From Alphaproteobacteria bacterium (GTDB taxonomy: Bacteria > Pseudomonadota > Alphaproteobacteria > UBA828), in NCBI GenBank assembly GCA_965220745.1, contig CBDCQT010000010.1, forward strand, positions 320,001 to 384,000: a DNA stretch of 64,000 nucleotides. The letters are read 5' to 3'. The notes below the pieces were generated by a model. That model saw nothing but the letters and a program-made list of their open reading frames with translations. It had not been told where the DNA came from and did not search any database. This document shows, in pieces, positions 1-10,500 of the stretch (the stretch's first letter is position 1; each line of letters opens with the position of its first letter). Position numbers and translations under genes: made by a program.

Positions 1-267
1 TCACGCCTTCTTGTCCCCGGTGCGCGGCAGGTCGATGACCCGGCCGCCGTCCTTACGCGGATCGAAATCGTATCCTTTGCGCACCTCGACGTTGCGCAGG
101 ATGACTTCGAGTGCGGTCGTGTCGAAGGGATCGACGTCCATCGGCGCGGCGTACTTCGACTTGAGACTGTGCAGCATCTCGCGCTCGTTGGGCATGAGGC
201 TCTCCTCGACCGCCTCCGCCGCTTCGATCAGACGCTGGAGCGCGACATGGGCGACCAGTTCGACCAT
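1..267 (-). CDS. hypothetical protein (88 aa)
   Basis: ATG at 267 to TGA at 1-3; plausible helical composition; co-oriented with neighbours; no family recognised. Confidence 0.6.
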   Translation of the reverse strand: MVELVAHVALQRLIEAAEAVEESLMPNEREMLHSLKSKYAAPMDVDPFDTTALEVILRNVEVRKGYDFDPRKDGGRVIDLPRTGDKKA

Positions 268-305
268 CGCTCAAGCCCTTCCCTACTGGCCCGCCTCGGC
301 CCGCG

Positions 306-809
306 CTACTTCTGCCAAGTGCAGTCCGCGATCATGGCGACCCAGTTGTCCGGCATATAGCCGACATCGTAGGTGCAGCTGCCGCTGATGCCGGCGTAGA
401 CGCCGGTGCCGCCCAGAATCTCCATGGTGCCGGGTCCGCCGCCGCCCGTTTCGACGTTGCCCGCACGACGTTTCGAGTGGGTGTACCACGTGTCGCCCGA
501 GGGCGCGGTCATCGTGCACGGCGCGTCGAGATCGATGCCCGCCTCAGTGCTCTTGGCAAAGACCACGCACGTGATCCGTTGATGCGTGCCCGCGACGAAC
601 GGGCCGCCGCTGCTCTCAAGGACGGTGACCGACCCCTGAAGCGGGCCGCCGGTGTAGCGCGCATCGCCGTGCTCGATGGTGGTGTAGTCCTGCACGTAGG
701 TTCGGATGATGCGGAGGCTGCCGCTCTCCTCGGCCGCCGCGATGTGCGCCGCACCCAGTATCGCTGCCCCGGCGACAAGCGCAGCGGTCATCTTCGTCGC
801 TGAAACCAT
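306..809 (-). CDS. exported protein, possibly allene-oxide-cyclase/dirigent-like beta-barrel
   Basis: Start ATG 809 with GAGGA upstream; signal peptide (AALVAGAAILGAAHIAAA|EE); beta-rich; ILGGTGVYAGISG motif. Confidence 0.55.
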   Translation of the reverse strand: MVSATKMTAALVAGAAILGAAHIAAAEESGSLRIIRTYVQDYTTIEHGDARYTGGPLQGSVTVLESSGGPFVAGTHQRITCVVFAKSTEAGIDLDAPCTMTAPSGDTWYTHSKRRAGNVETGGGGPGTMEILGGTGVYAGISGSCTYDVGYMPDNWVAMIADCTWQK

Positions 810-951
810 CCCACAGTCCTCGCTTATCGGATGATCGGTGACGGGATGGTACGGGGCCGGGCATCGCCGGCACAACCGCAGCAGCGACACTGCAGCAGCG
901 GCTTGATCTGGATGGACGGTCGAAAATGCGTGCCGTGCGGGCGGCGTGCCC

Positions 952-1569
952 TCAGTCGTCGTCCGCGCCCTTGCTGCCGCGCCCGCTCAGAGCGTCGAGC
1001 TGGGCCTGCATCTTGTCGAGCCTGTCGAGAACGGCGCCGACATCGACCGACTCGTCGCCGTCTCCGTCGGGCTTCGGCTCCTCTCGACGCTCGCCCGCGG
1101 GATAGCCCGAGAACATCTCCATGGTGCGCTGCATCAGCGCCATGTTGCGCTCGGCCATGGCCTCGAACTCGTCGACCGGGAACATGCCGCCGAAGCTGTC
1201 GTTCATCCGCTTGCGCATGTCTCCCTGATTGCGCGCGAAGGTCTCCATGGCGACTTCGAGATAACGGGGGACGAACGCCTGGACGTTGTCGCCGTAAAGC
1301 TGGATCAGCTGCCGCAGGAAGCTGAGCGGCAGCATGTTCTGTCCCTTGGCCTCCTGCTCGACGATGATCTGGGTCAGCACCTGGCGGGTGATATCGTCGC
1401 CGGACTTCGCATCACGGACGACGAAGTCCTGGCCGTTCCGCACCATGTCGCAAAGGTCGTCGAGGGTCACGTAGCTGCTGGTGGCGGTGTTGTAGAGCCG
1501 GCGGTTCGCGTACTTCTTGATTGTAATGGTCGCTTGAGCCGCCTCGTCGCCCCCATCGGTCGCGGCCAT
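952..1569 (-). CDS. phaR: polyhydroxyalkanoate synthesis repressor PhaR
   Basis: IKKYANRRLYNTATSSYVTLDDL...DAKSGDDITRQVLTQII and LPLSFLRQLI are PhaR hallmarks. Confidence 0.93.
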   Translation of the reverse strand: MAATDGGDEAAQATITIKKYANRRLYNTATSSYVTLDDLCDMVRNGQDFVVRDAKSGDDITRQVLTQIIVEQEAKGQNMLPLSFLRQLIQLYGDNVQAFVPRYLEVAMETFARNQGDMRKRMNDSFGGMFPVDEFEAMAERNMALMQRTMEMFSGYPAGERREEPKPDGDGDESVDVGAVLDRLDKMQAQLDALSGRGSKGADDD

Positions 1570-1589
1570 CTCCCCGGCCCCCGCTCGGG

Positions 1590-3329
1590 CTATTCAGCCG
1601 CCTCCGGCAGCGGCGCGTCCTCCCCGTAGCGCGCGACCCAGGCTGGCTCGTAGCCGTAGTCCCGCGTCGCAGCCTCGGCGCTAACGTAACCCTCCAGCAC
1701 GTCCTCCACGACGGCGCGGGGGTCGCGCTCGCGCGGCTCGCCATAGCCGCCACCGCCCGGCGCCTTGACCGAGACCCGCTCGCCGGGGCGGATCGGCACG
1801 TTCGAGTACTTGGTGGTCGAGACCTTGCCGAACGCCTCGCCCACCGTGGTCCAGCGGTTGCCACCCTCTTTCTGATAAAGCGTGGCGCCCGCGATGCCCT
1901 CGCCGCCGCCGTTCAGACCCCAGGCGACCTTCTTATGCTTGTTGGTCATCTGGCTGATCATCACGTCGCCGGTGCACAGCATGGTCTTGGAGATGCTCAG
2001 GCCGCCGCGATGGGCGCCGGCCCCGCCCGAATCCGGGCGCAGCGCATATTCCTCCACGATCCACGGGAAGCGGGTCTCGAACACCTCGGTCGGCGTGTTG
2101 GCGCAGTTGCCGTTGATCGAATCCGTGGCGTCGTTGCCATCGGCGAAGCTGCGCCCGCCATAGCCGACATAGGAGAAGTCGAAGGCGCCGATGGGCTCAT
2201 CGTTGCGCTCATCGTAGCCGCCGAAGACGAAGCATCCGTGCGTGGTGCCTTCCGAGGCCATCACGCGATCGGGCGCCGCCGGCGCCATCGCGCCCAAAAT
2301 GATGGCGACGATGAGCGGATGGGTCTCGGTATTGCCGCCCACCTCGGAGCCCGGATAGTCAACGTTCATCACGGAGCCGGCGGGCGCGATCACCCGGATC
2401 GGACGGAAGCAGCCCGAGTTCTTCGGGATAGTCTGATCGGTGAGATGCAGCATGGCGTTGTAGGAGGCCGACCAGGCGACGCCGAGGGTGGCGTTGATCG
2501 GACCCAGCGCCTGCGGCGAAGAGCCGGTGTAGTCGATCACCACCTCGTCGCCCTGGACATGGACCGCGCAGCGGATCGTGTACTCCTTGTCCTCGATGCC
2601 GTCGTCCTCGAGCCCGTCTTCGAAGCGGTAGCAGCCGTCGGGGAAGGCCCGGATCTCGGCCCGCATTCGGGCCTCCGAATAGTCCATCAGGTCGATGACG
2701 GTGCGCTGGAAGGTCTCGCGTCCGTACTTGCCGATCAGCTCCTTCATCCGGGTTTCGCCAAGATCGACGGCGGAAATCATCGCCCTGATGTCGCCGTAGT
2801 TCTGGCGCGGGGTGCGGACGTTGGCGAGCATCAGCTTCCAGACCTCGACCACGTCCTCGCCCCGCTTCTTGATCTTGACCGGGGGCACGCGCAGGCCCTC
2901 GTGGAAGATTTCGGTGGCCTCGCCGGGAAAGCCGCCGGGAACCATGCCGCCGACTTCGACGAAATGGCCGATGGCGACAGCGAAGCCCATCAGCTCGCCG
3001 TCAACGAAGATCGGCTTGAACATGGTGTGCTCGGGCGTGTGCAGGCCGCCGCGGTAGGGGTCATTGTGGACGATGACGTCGCCCTCGTCGATCTCGGAGA
3101 GCGTGATCTCCTTCACCATCGAGCGAACCAGCAGCGGCACACCGCCGATCTGGGCAGGGCAGAACTCGGCCACGGCGATCATCTCTCCTTCGGTGTTGGC
3201 CAGCGCGCAGGTGAAGTCCTCGGCCTCGGAGAAGATCGTGGAGTAGGCCGTCTTCTGCACGTTGACGCCCATCTCGCGGCAGATCGCGACCATGGCGGAT
3301 TCGATGATGTTCATCGTGACCATGTCCAT
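1590..3329 (-). CDS. hydantoinase B/oxoprolinase family subunit, copy 2
   Basis: NDPYRGGLHTPE, GHFVEVGGMVPGG, EIFHEGLRVPPVK, DSGGAGAHRGG, PGGGGYGEP motifs. Confidence 0.92.
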   Translation of the reverse strand: MDMVTMNIIESAMVAICREMGVNVQKTAYSTIFSEAEDFTCALANTEGEMIAVAEFCPAQIGGVPLLVRSMVKEITLSEIDEGDVIVHNDPYRGGLHTPEHTMFKPIFVDGELMGFAVAIGHFVEVGGMVPGGFPGEATEIFHEGLRVPPVKIKKRGEDVVEVWKLMLANVRTPRQNYGDIRAMISAVDLGETRMKELIGKYGRETFQRTVIDLMDYSEARMRAEIRAFPDGCYRFEDGLEDDGIEDKEYTIRCAVHVQGDEVVIDYTGSSPQALGPINATLGVAWSASYNAMLHLTDQTIPKNSGCFRPIRVIAPAGSVMNVDYPGSEVGGNTETHPLIVAIILGAMAPAAPDRVMASEGTTHGCFVFGGYDERNDEPIGAFDFSYVGYGGRSFADGNDATDSINGNCANTPTEVFETRFPWIVEEYALRPDSGGAGAHRGGLSISKTMLCTGDVMISQMTNKHKKVAWGLNGGGEGIAGATLYQKEGGNRWTTVGEAFGKVSTTKYSNVPIRPGERVSVKAPGGGGYGEPRERDPRAVVEDVLEGYVSAEAATRDYGYEPAWVARYGEDAPLPEAAE

Positions 3330-3359
3330 GACGGGTTCCTTTCTCTGTCCCCGTTCGGG

Positions 3360-5099
3360 TTATTCAGCCGCCTCCGGCAGCGGCGCATCCTTACCATAGC
3401 GCGCGATCCAGGAGGGATCGTAGCCGTAGTCCCGCGCCGCAGCCTCGGCGCTGACATAGCCCTCCAGCACGTCCTCCACCACAGCGCGGGGGTCGCGCTG
3501 GCGCGGCTCGCCGTAGCCGCCACCACCCGGCACCTTGACCGAGACACGCTCGCCGGGGCGGATCGGCACGTTCGAGTACTTGGTGGTCGAGACCTTGCCG
3601 AACGCCTCGCCCACCGTGGTCCAGCGATTGGCGCCTTCCCCTTGATACAGCGTAGCACCGGGCAAGCCATCAGCGCCGCCGTTCAGCCCCCAGGCGGTCT
3701 TCTTGTGCTTATTGGTCATCTGGCTGATCATCAGCTCGCCGGTGCACAGCATGGTCTTGGACGTGCCCAAGCCGCCGCGATGAGCGCCGGCCCCGCCCGA
3801 ATCCGGACACAGCCCGTACTCTTCGACGATCCACGGGAAGCGCGTCTCGAACACCTCGACCGGCGTGTTGGCGCAATTGCCGTTGATGGAATCGGTGGCG
3901 TCGTTGCCATCGGCGAAGCTGCGACCGCCGTAGCCGACGTAGGAAATGTCCAGGGCACCGAAGGGCTCGTCGTTGCGCGCATCGTAGCCGCCGAAGACCA
4001 GGCAGCCGTGGGTGGTGCCCTCCGAGGCCATCACGCGGTCCGGCGCCGCCGGCGCCATCGCCCCCAGGATGGTGGCGACGATGACCGGGTGGGTCTCGGT
4101 ATTGCCGCCGACCTCGGAGCCCGGATAGTCCACATTCATCACGGAGCCGGCCGGCGCGATGACCCGGATTGGGCGGAAGCAGCCGGAATTCTTCGGAATC
4201 GTCTGGTCGGTCAGGTGCAGCATCGCGTTGTAGGAGGCCGACCAGGCGACGCCCAAGGTGGCGTTGATCGGACCCAGCGCCTGCGGCGAGGAACCGGTGT
4301 AATCGATTACCACCTCGTCGCCCTGGACGTGGACCGCGCAGCGGATGGTGTACTCCTTGTCCTCGATACCGTCGTCTTCCAGCGCGTCCTCGAAGCGGTA
4401 GCAGCCGTCGGGGAAAGCCCGGATCTCCGCCCGCATCCGGGCCTCTGAATAGTCCATCAGGTCGGTGACGGTACGGCGGAAGGTCTCGCGGCCGTACCTG
4501 TCGATCAGCTCCTTCATCCGGGCTTCGCCGAGATCGACGGCTGAAATCATCGCCCGGATGTCGCCGTAGTTCTGACGCGGCGTGCGGACGTTCGCGAGCA
4601 TCAGCTTCCAGACCTCGACCACGTCCTCGCCGCGCTTCTTGATCTTGACCGGCGGCACACGCAGACCTTCGTGGAAGATTTCGGTAGCCTCGCCGGGGAA
4701 GCCGCCCGGCACCATGCCGCCGACCTCGACAAAGTGGCCGATGGCGACGGCAAAGCCCATCAACTCGCCACCGACGAAGTACGGCTTGAACATGGTGTGC
4801 TCAGGCGTGTGCAGGCCGCCCCGGTAGGGGTCGTTGTGGACGATTACGTCGCCCTCGTCGATCTCGCTGAGCGAGATTTCCTTCACCATCGAGCGGACGA
4901 GCAGCGGCACGCCGCCGATCTGCGCCGGGCAGAAATCGGCGACCGCGATCAGCTCGCCCTCGGTGTTGGCCAGCGCGCAGGTGAAGTCCTCGGCTTCGGA
5001 GAAAACCGTGGAATAGGCCGTCTTCTGGACGTTGACGCCCATTTCGCGGCAGATCGCGATCATGGCGGATTCGATGATGTTCATCGCAACCATGTCCAT
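3360..5099 (-). CDS. hydantoinase B/oxoprolinase family subunit, copy 1
   Basis: Same motifs; 579 aa like its neighbour, about 42 substitutions by manual count. Confidence 0.92.
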   Translation of the reverse strand: MDMVAMNIIESAMIAICREMGVNVQKTAYSTVFSEAEDFTCALANTEGELIAVADFCPAQIGGVPLLVRSMVKEISLSEIDEGDVIVHNDPYRGGLHTPEHTMFKPYFVGGELMGFAVAIGHFVEVGGMVPGGFPGEATEIFHEGLRVPPVKIKKRGEDVVEVWKLMLANVRTPRQNYGDIRAMISAVDLGEARMKELIDRYGRETFRRTVTDLMDYSEARMRAEIRAFPDGCYRFEDALEDDGIEDKEYTIRCAVHVQGDEVVIDYTGSSPQALGPINATLGVAWSASYNAMLHLTDQTIPKNSGCFRPIRVIAPAGSVMNVDYPGSEVGGNTETHPVIVATILGAMAPAAPDRVMASEGTTHGCLVFGGYDARNDEPFGALDISYVGYGGRSFADGNDATDSINGNCANTPVEVFETRFPWIVEEYGLCPDSGGAGAHRGGLGTSKTMLCTGELMISQMTNKHKKTAWGLNGGADGLPGATLYQGEGANRWTTVGEAFGKVSTTKYSNVPIRPGERVSVKVPGGGGYGEPRQRDPRAVVEDVLEGYVSAEAAARDYGYDPSWIARYGKDAPLPEAAE

Positions 5100-5141
5100 G
5101 ACCGGTTCCTTTCCTCGCCCGCGTGCGGGCTCCGATAGGGG

Positions 5142-7181
5142 TCAAGCGCGGCGCGCGATCTCGCCGATCAGAATATTGCCGTAACGGTCGATGCGCACCG
5201 GCTGGCCAGGGCGGATGACCGTCACCGAGGCGGGCTCCTCGATCAGCGCCGGACCCTCGAAGCGGTGGCCCTCGCGGAGTTGGGCGCGGTCGTGGACCGG
5301 CGTCTCCGCCCAGCCTTCCTCGAACAGAACGCGGCGCGTGGCCGCCGGCTCCGGCTCGCCTTCGGCCTCGCCGATCTCGGCGAGCTGCAGCTTGTCGGTC
5401 ACCGACACTGCCGTGACCTTGACCGAGGTCATCTCGATCTTCTCGCCGGGAATGTCGAAATTGAAGCGGTCGTGGTGCGCCCGATGGAACGCCTCCCACA
5501 GCCCCGGCATCGTGCCGTCGTCGAAGCGGTCGAAGGCGATGGGCACGTCGAGCTCGTGATTCTGCCCGAGATAGCGCATCTCCAGCGAGCGGTGGATCTC
5601 GATGTTCTCGGTGTAGCCCTGCTCCTCGAGCGCGGCGATGCTCTCGCGGATCAGGTCCGAGAGCACGCGGTTGGCATGATCTGCGTCGAAGGCTGCCGAG
5701 GTCATCTGTGCCGTCCGCTCCAGGTCGACCCTGGCGTCGGTCATCAGGAAGCCGAAGGCCGAGAACTGGCCCGGATGGTTGGGCACGATGCCGCTCGGGA
5801 TGTTGGCGTGGACCATGAGGTCGGCGACGTGGACCGGGCCTGCGCCGCCGAAGGCCAGCAGTGTGAAGTCGCGCGGGTCGAGGCCGCGCTCCGTCAGCAC
5901 CGAGCGCAGCGCCCCAATCATGTTGTTGTTGGCGATCTGCACCATGGCGAGCGCGGTTGCTTCGACCGGCCTGTCGATCGCCGACGCGACCTCCGAGATG
6001 GCCTTCGACGCTGCTCCTGAGTCGAGCGCCATGGCGCCGCCGAGGAAGTTCGCGGGATTGATGCGCCCGAGCACGAGGTTGGCGTCGGTCGCGGTCGCCT
6101 GGGTGCCGCCGAGGCCGTAGCAGGCGGGCCCCGGATTGGCGCCCGCGCTCTCAGGCCCCATACGCAGCATGCCGCCCTTGTCGATCCAGGCCAGCGAGCC
6201 GCCGCCCGCACCCATGGTGCGAATATCGATCATGGGAATCTGGATCGGCAGGCCGAACTCGATCTCGAAGCTCGTGGTGAAGCTCTCGGTACCGCCGACC
6301 ACGGTGGAGACATCGGTCGACGTGCCGCCCATGTCGAGGGTGACCAGGTGATCGACGCCGACGCTGCGGGCGATCTGCTTGGCGCCGACCACGCCGCCGG
6401 TCGGGCCGGAAAGGGTCATCTGGATGGGGTGACGGGCGGCCCCCTCCAGGGTCATCTCGCCGCCGTTGGATCTGATGACCGCGATCTGGCGGGTGATGCC
6501 CTTCTCATCGAGACGCGCCCGCATGGCGCCGAGATGGTGGCCCACGACGGGCTTGATGTAGGCGTCAGTGATGGTGGTGGACGAGCGCTCGAACTCCTTC
6601 CACTTGGGCAGCACCTCGTAGGAGATGCTGACCGGGATGTCGGGGCACTCTTCGGCGACGATTTGCCTCGCCGTGCGCTCATGGTCGGGCGTGACGAAGG
6701 AGAAGAGGAAGTTGATGGCGACCGCCTCGACACGACCGAGCGCCTTGATCTCGCGGGCGATGGCGCGAACGCGCTCAGTATCGAGCGGGTGGTAGACCTC
6801 GCCCCGCGCCAGAATGCGCTCGTCCACCTCGTAACAATGGCGCCGCTTCACCAGCGGCTTCGCCTTGACCCAGGTGATGTCGTAGTGGCTCTTGCGCTTG
6901 CCCCGCTGGATGAAGGGCACGTCGCGAAACCCGGTGGTCGTCAGGTAGGCGACCGTCGCGCCCTTGCGCTCCAGGATCGCGTTGGTGGCGATGGTGGTGC
7001 CGAAGCGGATGTTGCCGATGCCGCCCACGTCGCCGGAGCGGTCCAGCCCGTCGACGATGCCGTCGATGGGGTCGGCCGGAGTGGACAGCGTTTTCCAGAC
7101 GTCGACGGCCTGAGTCTCGGGGTCGTAGCGAACGAAGTCCGTGAAGGTTCCGCCCACGTCGATCCCGACCAGATCGCTCAT
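5142..7181 (-). CDS. hydantoinase A/oxoprolinase family ATP-binding subunit
   Basis: GIDVGGTFTD, GTTIATNAILERKG, SGPTGG, DMGGTSTDV, GPESAGANPGPACYG. Confidence 0.93.
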   Translation of the reverse strand: MSDLVGIDVGGTFTDFVRYDPETQAVDVWKTLSTPADPIDGIVDGLDRSGDVGGIGNIRFGTTIATNAILERKGATVAYLTTTGFRDVPFIQRGKRKSHYDITWVKAKPLVKRRHCYEVDERILARGEVYHPLDTERVRAIAREIKALGRVEAVAINFLFSFVTPDHERTARQIVAEECPDIPVSISYEVLPKWKEFERSSTTITDAYIKPVVGHHLGAMRARLDEKGITRQIAVIRSNGGEMTLEGAARHPIQMTLSGPTGGVVGAKQIARSVGVDHLVTLDMGGTSTDVSTVVGGTESFTTSFEIEFGLPIQIPMIDIRTMGAGGGSLAWIDKGGMLRMGPESAGANPGPACYGLGGTQATATDANLVLGRINPANFLGGAMALDSGAASKAISEVASAIDRPVEATALAMVQIANNNMIGALRSVLTERGLDPRDFTLLAFGGAGPVHVADLMVHANIPSGIVPNHPGQFSAFGFLMTDARVDLERTAQMTSAAFDADHANRVLSDLIRESIAALEEQGYTENIEIHRSLEMRYLGQNHELDVPIAFDRFDDGTMPGLWEAFHRAHHDRFNFDIPGEKIEMTSVKVTAVSVTDKLQLAEIGEAEGEPEPAATRRVLFEEGWAETPVHDRAQLREGHRFEGPALIEEPASVTVIRPGQPVRIDRYGNILIGEIARRA

Positions 7182-7238
7182 GGTGCCCTATCCCGTCGGC
7201 CTGTGGGTTGATCGAATGCGTTGCGCGGTGCCGCGCGC

Positions 7239-7454
7239 TCAGCCGGTCTCGTGGATGCCCTGCTTGGGAAGCGGAATGCGCGGCTGCTCGACACCGTCGG
7301 CCCGCGCCGTGAACCACTGGACGCACCAATCGGAGCAGAAGAGCTGGTCCTTGCCCTTCACCGTAGCGGAGATGCCCTCGTCGTAGATGAGCACGCCGCA
7401 GTTGTCGCACTTCACGTAGCGCTCGATGTAATACCCGTTGTCGGAAAAGCGCAT
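7239..7454 (-). CDS. small Cys4 metal-binding protein (TRASH/zinc-ribbon-like), 71 aa
   Basis: ATG 7454 with GGGGAGGGAG upstream; CDNC...FCSDWC; lies directly before the hydantoinase A gene. Confidence 0.7.
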   Translation of the reverse strand: MRFSDNGYYIERYVKCDNCGVLIYDEGISATVKGKDQLFCSDWCVQWFTARADGVEQPRIPLPKQGIHETG

Positions 7455-7506
7455 GCCGTCTCCCTCCCCGTCCGGCTCCGGCGGCCGGCCCTCAGCAAGC
7501 GGGCGG

Positions 7507-7535
7507 AGTGTGGAGAGGAAGGCCGTGCGAGTCAA
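7507..7535 (-). promoter_or_regulatory. putative sigma70 promoter for the Cys4-hyuA-hyuB-hyuB transcript
   Basis: Minus strand TTGACT-N17-CACACT; the palindrome CAACGTTG overlaps the -35 box. Confidence 0.35.
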
Positions 7536-7580
7536 CGTTGTGCAGTGCACCAGCCAGTTGCTGGCGACCCTCTCTCGGGC

Positions 7581-10500
7581 CTATTCCGCGGCCTCGTCCG
7601 CTCCAGGGTCGTAGCCGTAATCCCGCGCGGCGTCGGCCTTGGTCAGGTAGCCGCGGCTGAGATCGGCGGCGACACGTGGGCGCGAACGCGCAAGCGGATC
7701 GCCGAGACCGCCGCCGCCTGGGGTTCGCACCTGCACTGTATCGCCCGGCGCCAGGTGGTAGCCCTCGCCCTTGGAGAGATGGGGGGGCTCCTCCACAACA
7801 TTGCCGCGGCGGACTTCGATTTGATTGCAGGCGCCCGGCAGGCCGCCCGCGAGCCCATGCGGACCGGTGCGGCCGTGGTCCATCATGAAGGACGCCTTGG
7901 CTTCGCCTCGTAGCAAGCGCACGCGGTAGCTCACGCCGAATCCGCCCCGGTGCCGCCCGGCACCGCCGGAACCCTCTCGCAGCGCGTATTCCTCGAACAG
8001 GATGGGATAGTGCTGCTCCAGGATTTCGGCCGGCTGGGTCTTGGAAATGCCGACAGACGAGCAGCCGTTGGTGAGGCCGTCGTCCTCCCACCAGCCGCCG
8101 TAACCGCCGCCCGAGAAGATGTACATGACGTAGCGGCGCCCCTCGGCAGGGTCTTCGCCGCCGAGACTGAAATTACCGCTGGTGCCCGCGGGCGCGGCGA
8201 ACATGCGTTCCGGCATGGCCTGGCCCATGGCGCCGAACACCGCCTCCATGATCCGCTGCGCCGTCTCCGCCGCGCAGCCCGAGACCGGCCTCGGGTACTC
8301 GGCGTAGAGGAAGGTGCCGTGAGGCGGCGTCACGTCGATGGGGCGGAAGCAGCCGGCGTTGATCGGCACGTCCGGGAAGATGTGCTTGATCGCGCAGTAA
8401 ACCGAGGCGAGCGTCGTCGCCCAAACCGAGTTGACCGGCCCCCGGCAGAGCGGGCTGGAATCCGATAAGTCCACGCTCAGGTCGCCGCCCTCCACCGTGA
8501 CCCTTGCGCGAACTTCCAGCGGTGCATCGTCGACACCGTCGGAATCCATGTAGCTGGAAAAGACATATTCGCCGTCGGGGACGGAGGCGATATGGGCGCG
8601 CATCCGGCGCTCCGAACGCTCCTTGAGCACCTCGATGGCGGCGTTCACGGTCTCCTCGCCATGCTTGTCCAGAAGCTGGGTCAGGCGGCGCTCGCCCACC
8701 GAGAGCGCGCCGATCTGGGCACGGATATCGCCGATGCGCTCCTCCGGCACGCGGATGTTGGCGAGCACGATCTGCATGATGTCGTCGTCGAGCACGCCGC
8801 GCCGGTGGAGCTTGACCGGTGGCAGCCTGAGGCCTTCCTGCTGGATCTCGGTCGCCTGGGAAGGGAAGCCGCCCGGTACCATGCCGCCGGTATCGGGCCA
8901 GTGGCCGGTGTTGGAGAGATAGGCCCAGAGCCGGCCCCTATAGAAGAAGGGCTTCACCATCTTGACGTCCATCAGATGGGTGCCGCCGAAATAGGGGTCG
9001 TTGACCATCACGATGTCGCCGGGCTCCAGGTCGTCGCGCGCCTCGATCACCGCCTGGGTGGTGGATTGCATGACGCCGAGGAAGATGGGCAGGCCGAGCT
9101 CGCCCTGCGCGATGATCTGACCGGTTTCGGGATCGTAGATGCCATTGGAGCGGTCGAAGCCCTCCGAGATCACCGGTGAGAACGAGGTGCGCTGGTGCAC
9201 CAGGTCCATCTCGCTCGAGACCTGCTGGAGGCCGCTCTCGATCACCGCAAGCGTGACCGGGTCGAAAGCGCCGGCGGCACCGGCTTGAGCCTCCTCCTTG
9301 GCTTGGGGCACGGTGAGGACAAGGTTGCCGAGGGCGTCTGAACGGGCCTCCGAACCGGGCTCTACCAGGATCGTGGTGTCGAGCTGTTGGATGACTGCAG
9401 GCCCGGTTAGCGCCGCTTCGGCCGGCAGCCGTTCGCGCTGATAAATGGGCGTATCGATCCAGGCGCCGTCGAAGTAGACCGGGCGGGTTTCGACCAGCGC
9501 CGCTTCCAACGTCGTTCCGGTCCTGTCGGCCGCGAGCGTGAGGTCGAGCGGCGGGCGGATGCCGCGCACGGTGGTCCGCAGGTTGACCAGGATCGGCTGC
9601 ATTTCCGGCAGCACAATGTCGAAGCGCTCGCGGTAGAGCGCCGCGAAGGCGTCGCGGACGGCCGCCGCGTCGAAACCCCCGTCCCCCACCGACACGCGGA
9701 AGACATGACTCTGCCCGCGGTAGAAGAGGTCCGCCTCGTGCGCCACCTCCACGGCAGCGACCGTCACGCCCTCCTGCGCGAGCAGGGCCCGGCCTTCCGC
9801 CGCCTGCTCTGCGAGGATGCGATCAGCCGCCACCGCGTCGACGTCTTCCAACGGCTGGTGCAGGGTGCGCACGAAGTCATGGCGCACGTCGGCGAGCACG
9901 CAGCCGAGCGCCGACGTGATGCCGGGGTAGCGCGGCACCAGCACGTGGGGCACGCCGAGCTCGCGGGCGATGGCCGTGGCGTGCATCGGCCCCGCGCCGC
10001 CGAAGGCGAAGAGGGCGAAGTCGCGCGGGTCGTGCCCCTTGTCCACGGAGACCAGCCGCGCCGCGCCCGCCATCTGATGGTCTACCACGCGCAGGATCGC
10101 GGCCGCGGCCTCCGCCTCGTCGAGGCCGAGCGGGTCCGCGATCCTTTCGCGTACGATCCGGCGCACCTCGTCCACGTCTGGCGGGCTGTCGAGGCCGCCG
10201 ATGGCGCCGGGGTCGATGCGGCCAAGCAACAGGTTGGCGTCGGTCACCGTGGGCTCCTGCCCGCCGCGGCCGTAGCAGATTGGCCCCGGCGCCGCGCCCG
10301 CGCTCACAGGGCCCACGCGCAGGATGCCGCCCTCGTCGACCCGCGCGATGCTGCCCCCGCCGGCGCCGATGGTCTGGATGTCCACCATCGGCACGCGGAG
10401 CGGCATGCCGTAGGCGATGTCCTTTTCGGTCGTCGTGACCGGCACGCCACCCTGGACGATGGCGATGTCGAAGCTGGTGCCGCCCATGTCGCAGCTGATG

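Noticed and set aside
1935-4448. Long antisense or alternate-frame ORFs (also 9705-11441, 28544-30373, 44712-46448, 52670-55039, 61272-62882)
   Set aside because: Shadows of well-supported genes in high-GC DNA; no family motifs
1590-5110. Tandem hydantoinase B copies (and the oxygenase pair) as assembly duplication
   Set aside because: The copies carry many synonymous and non-synonymous differences along their length, though co-assembly of strain alleles cannot be fully excluded without reads
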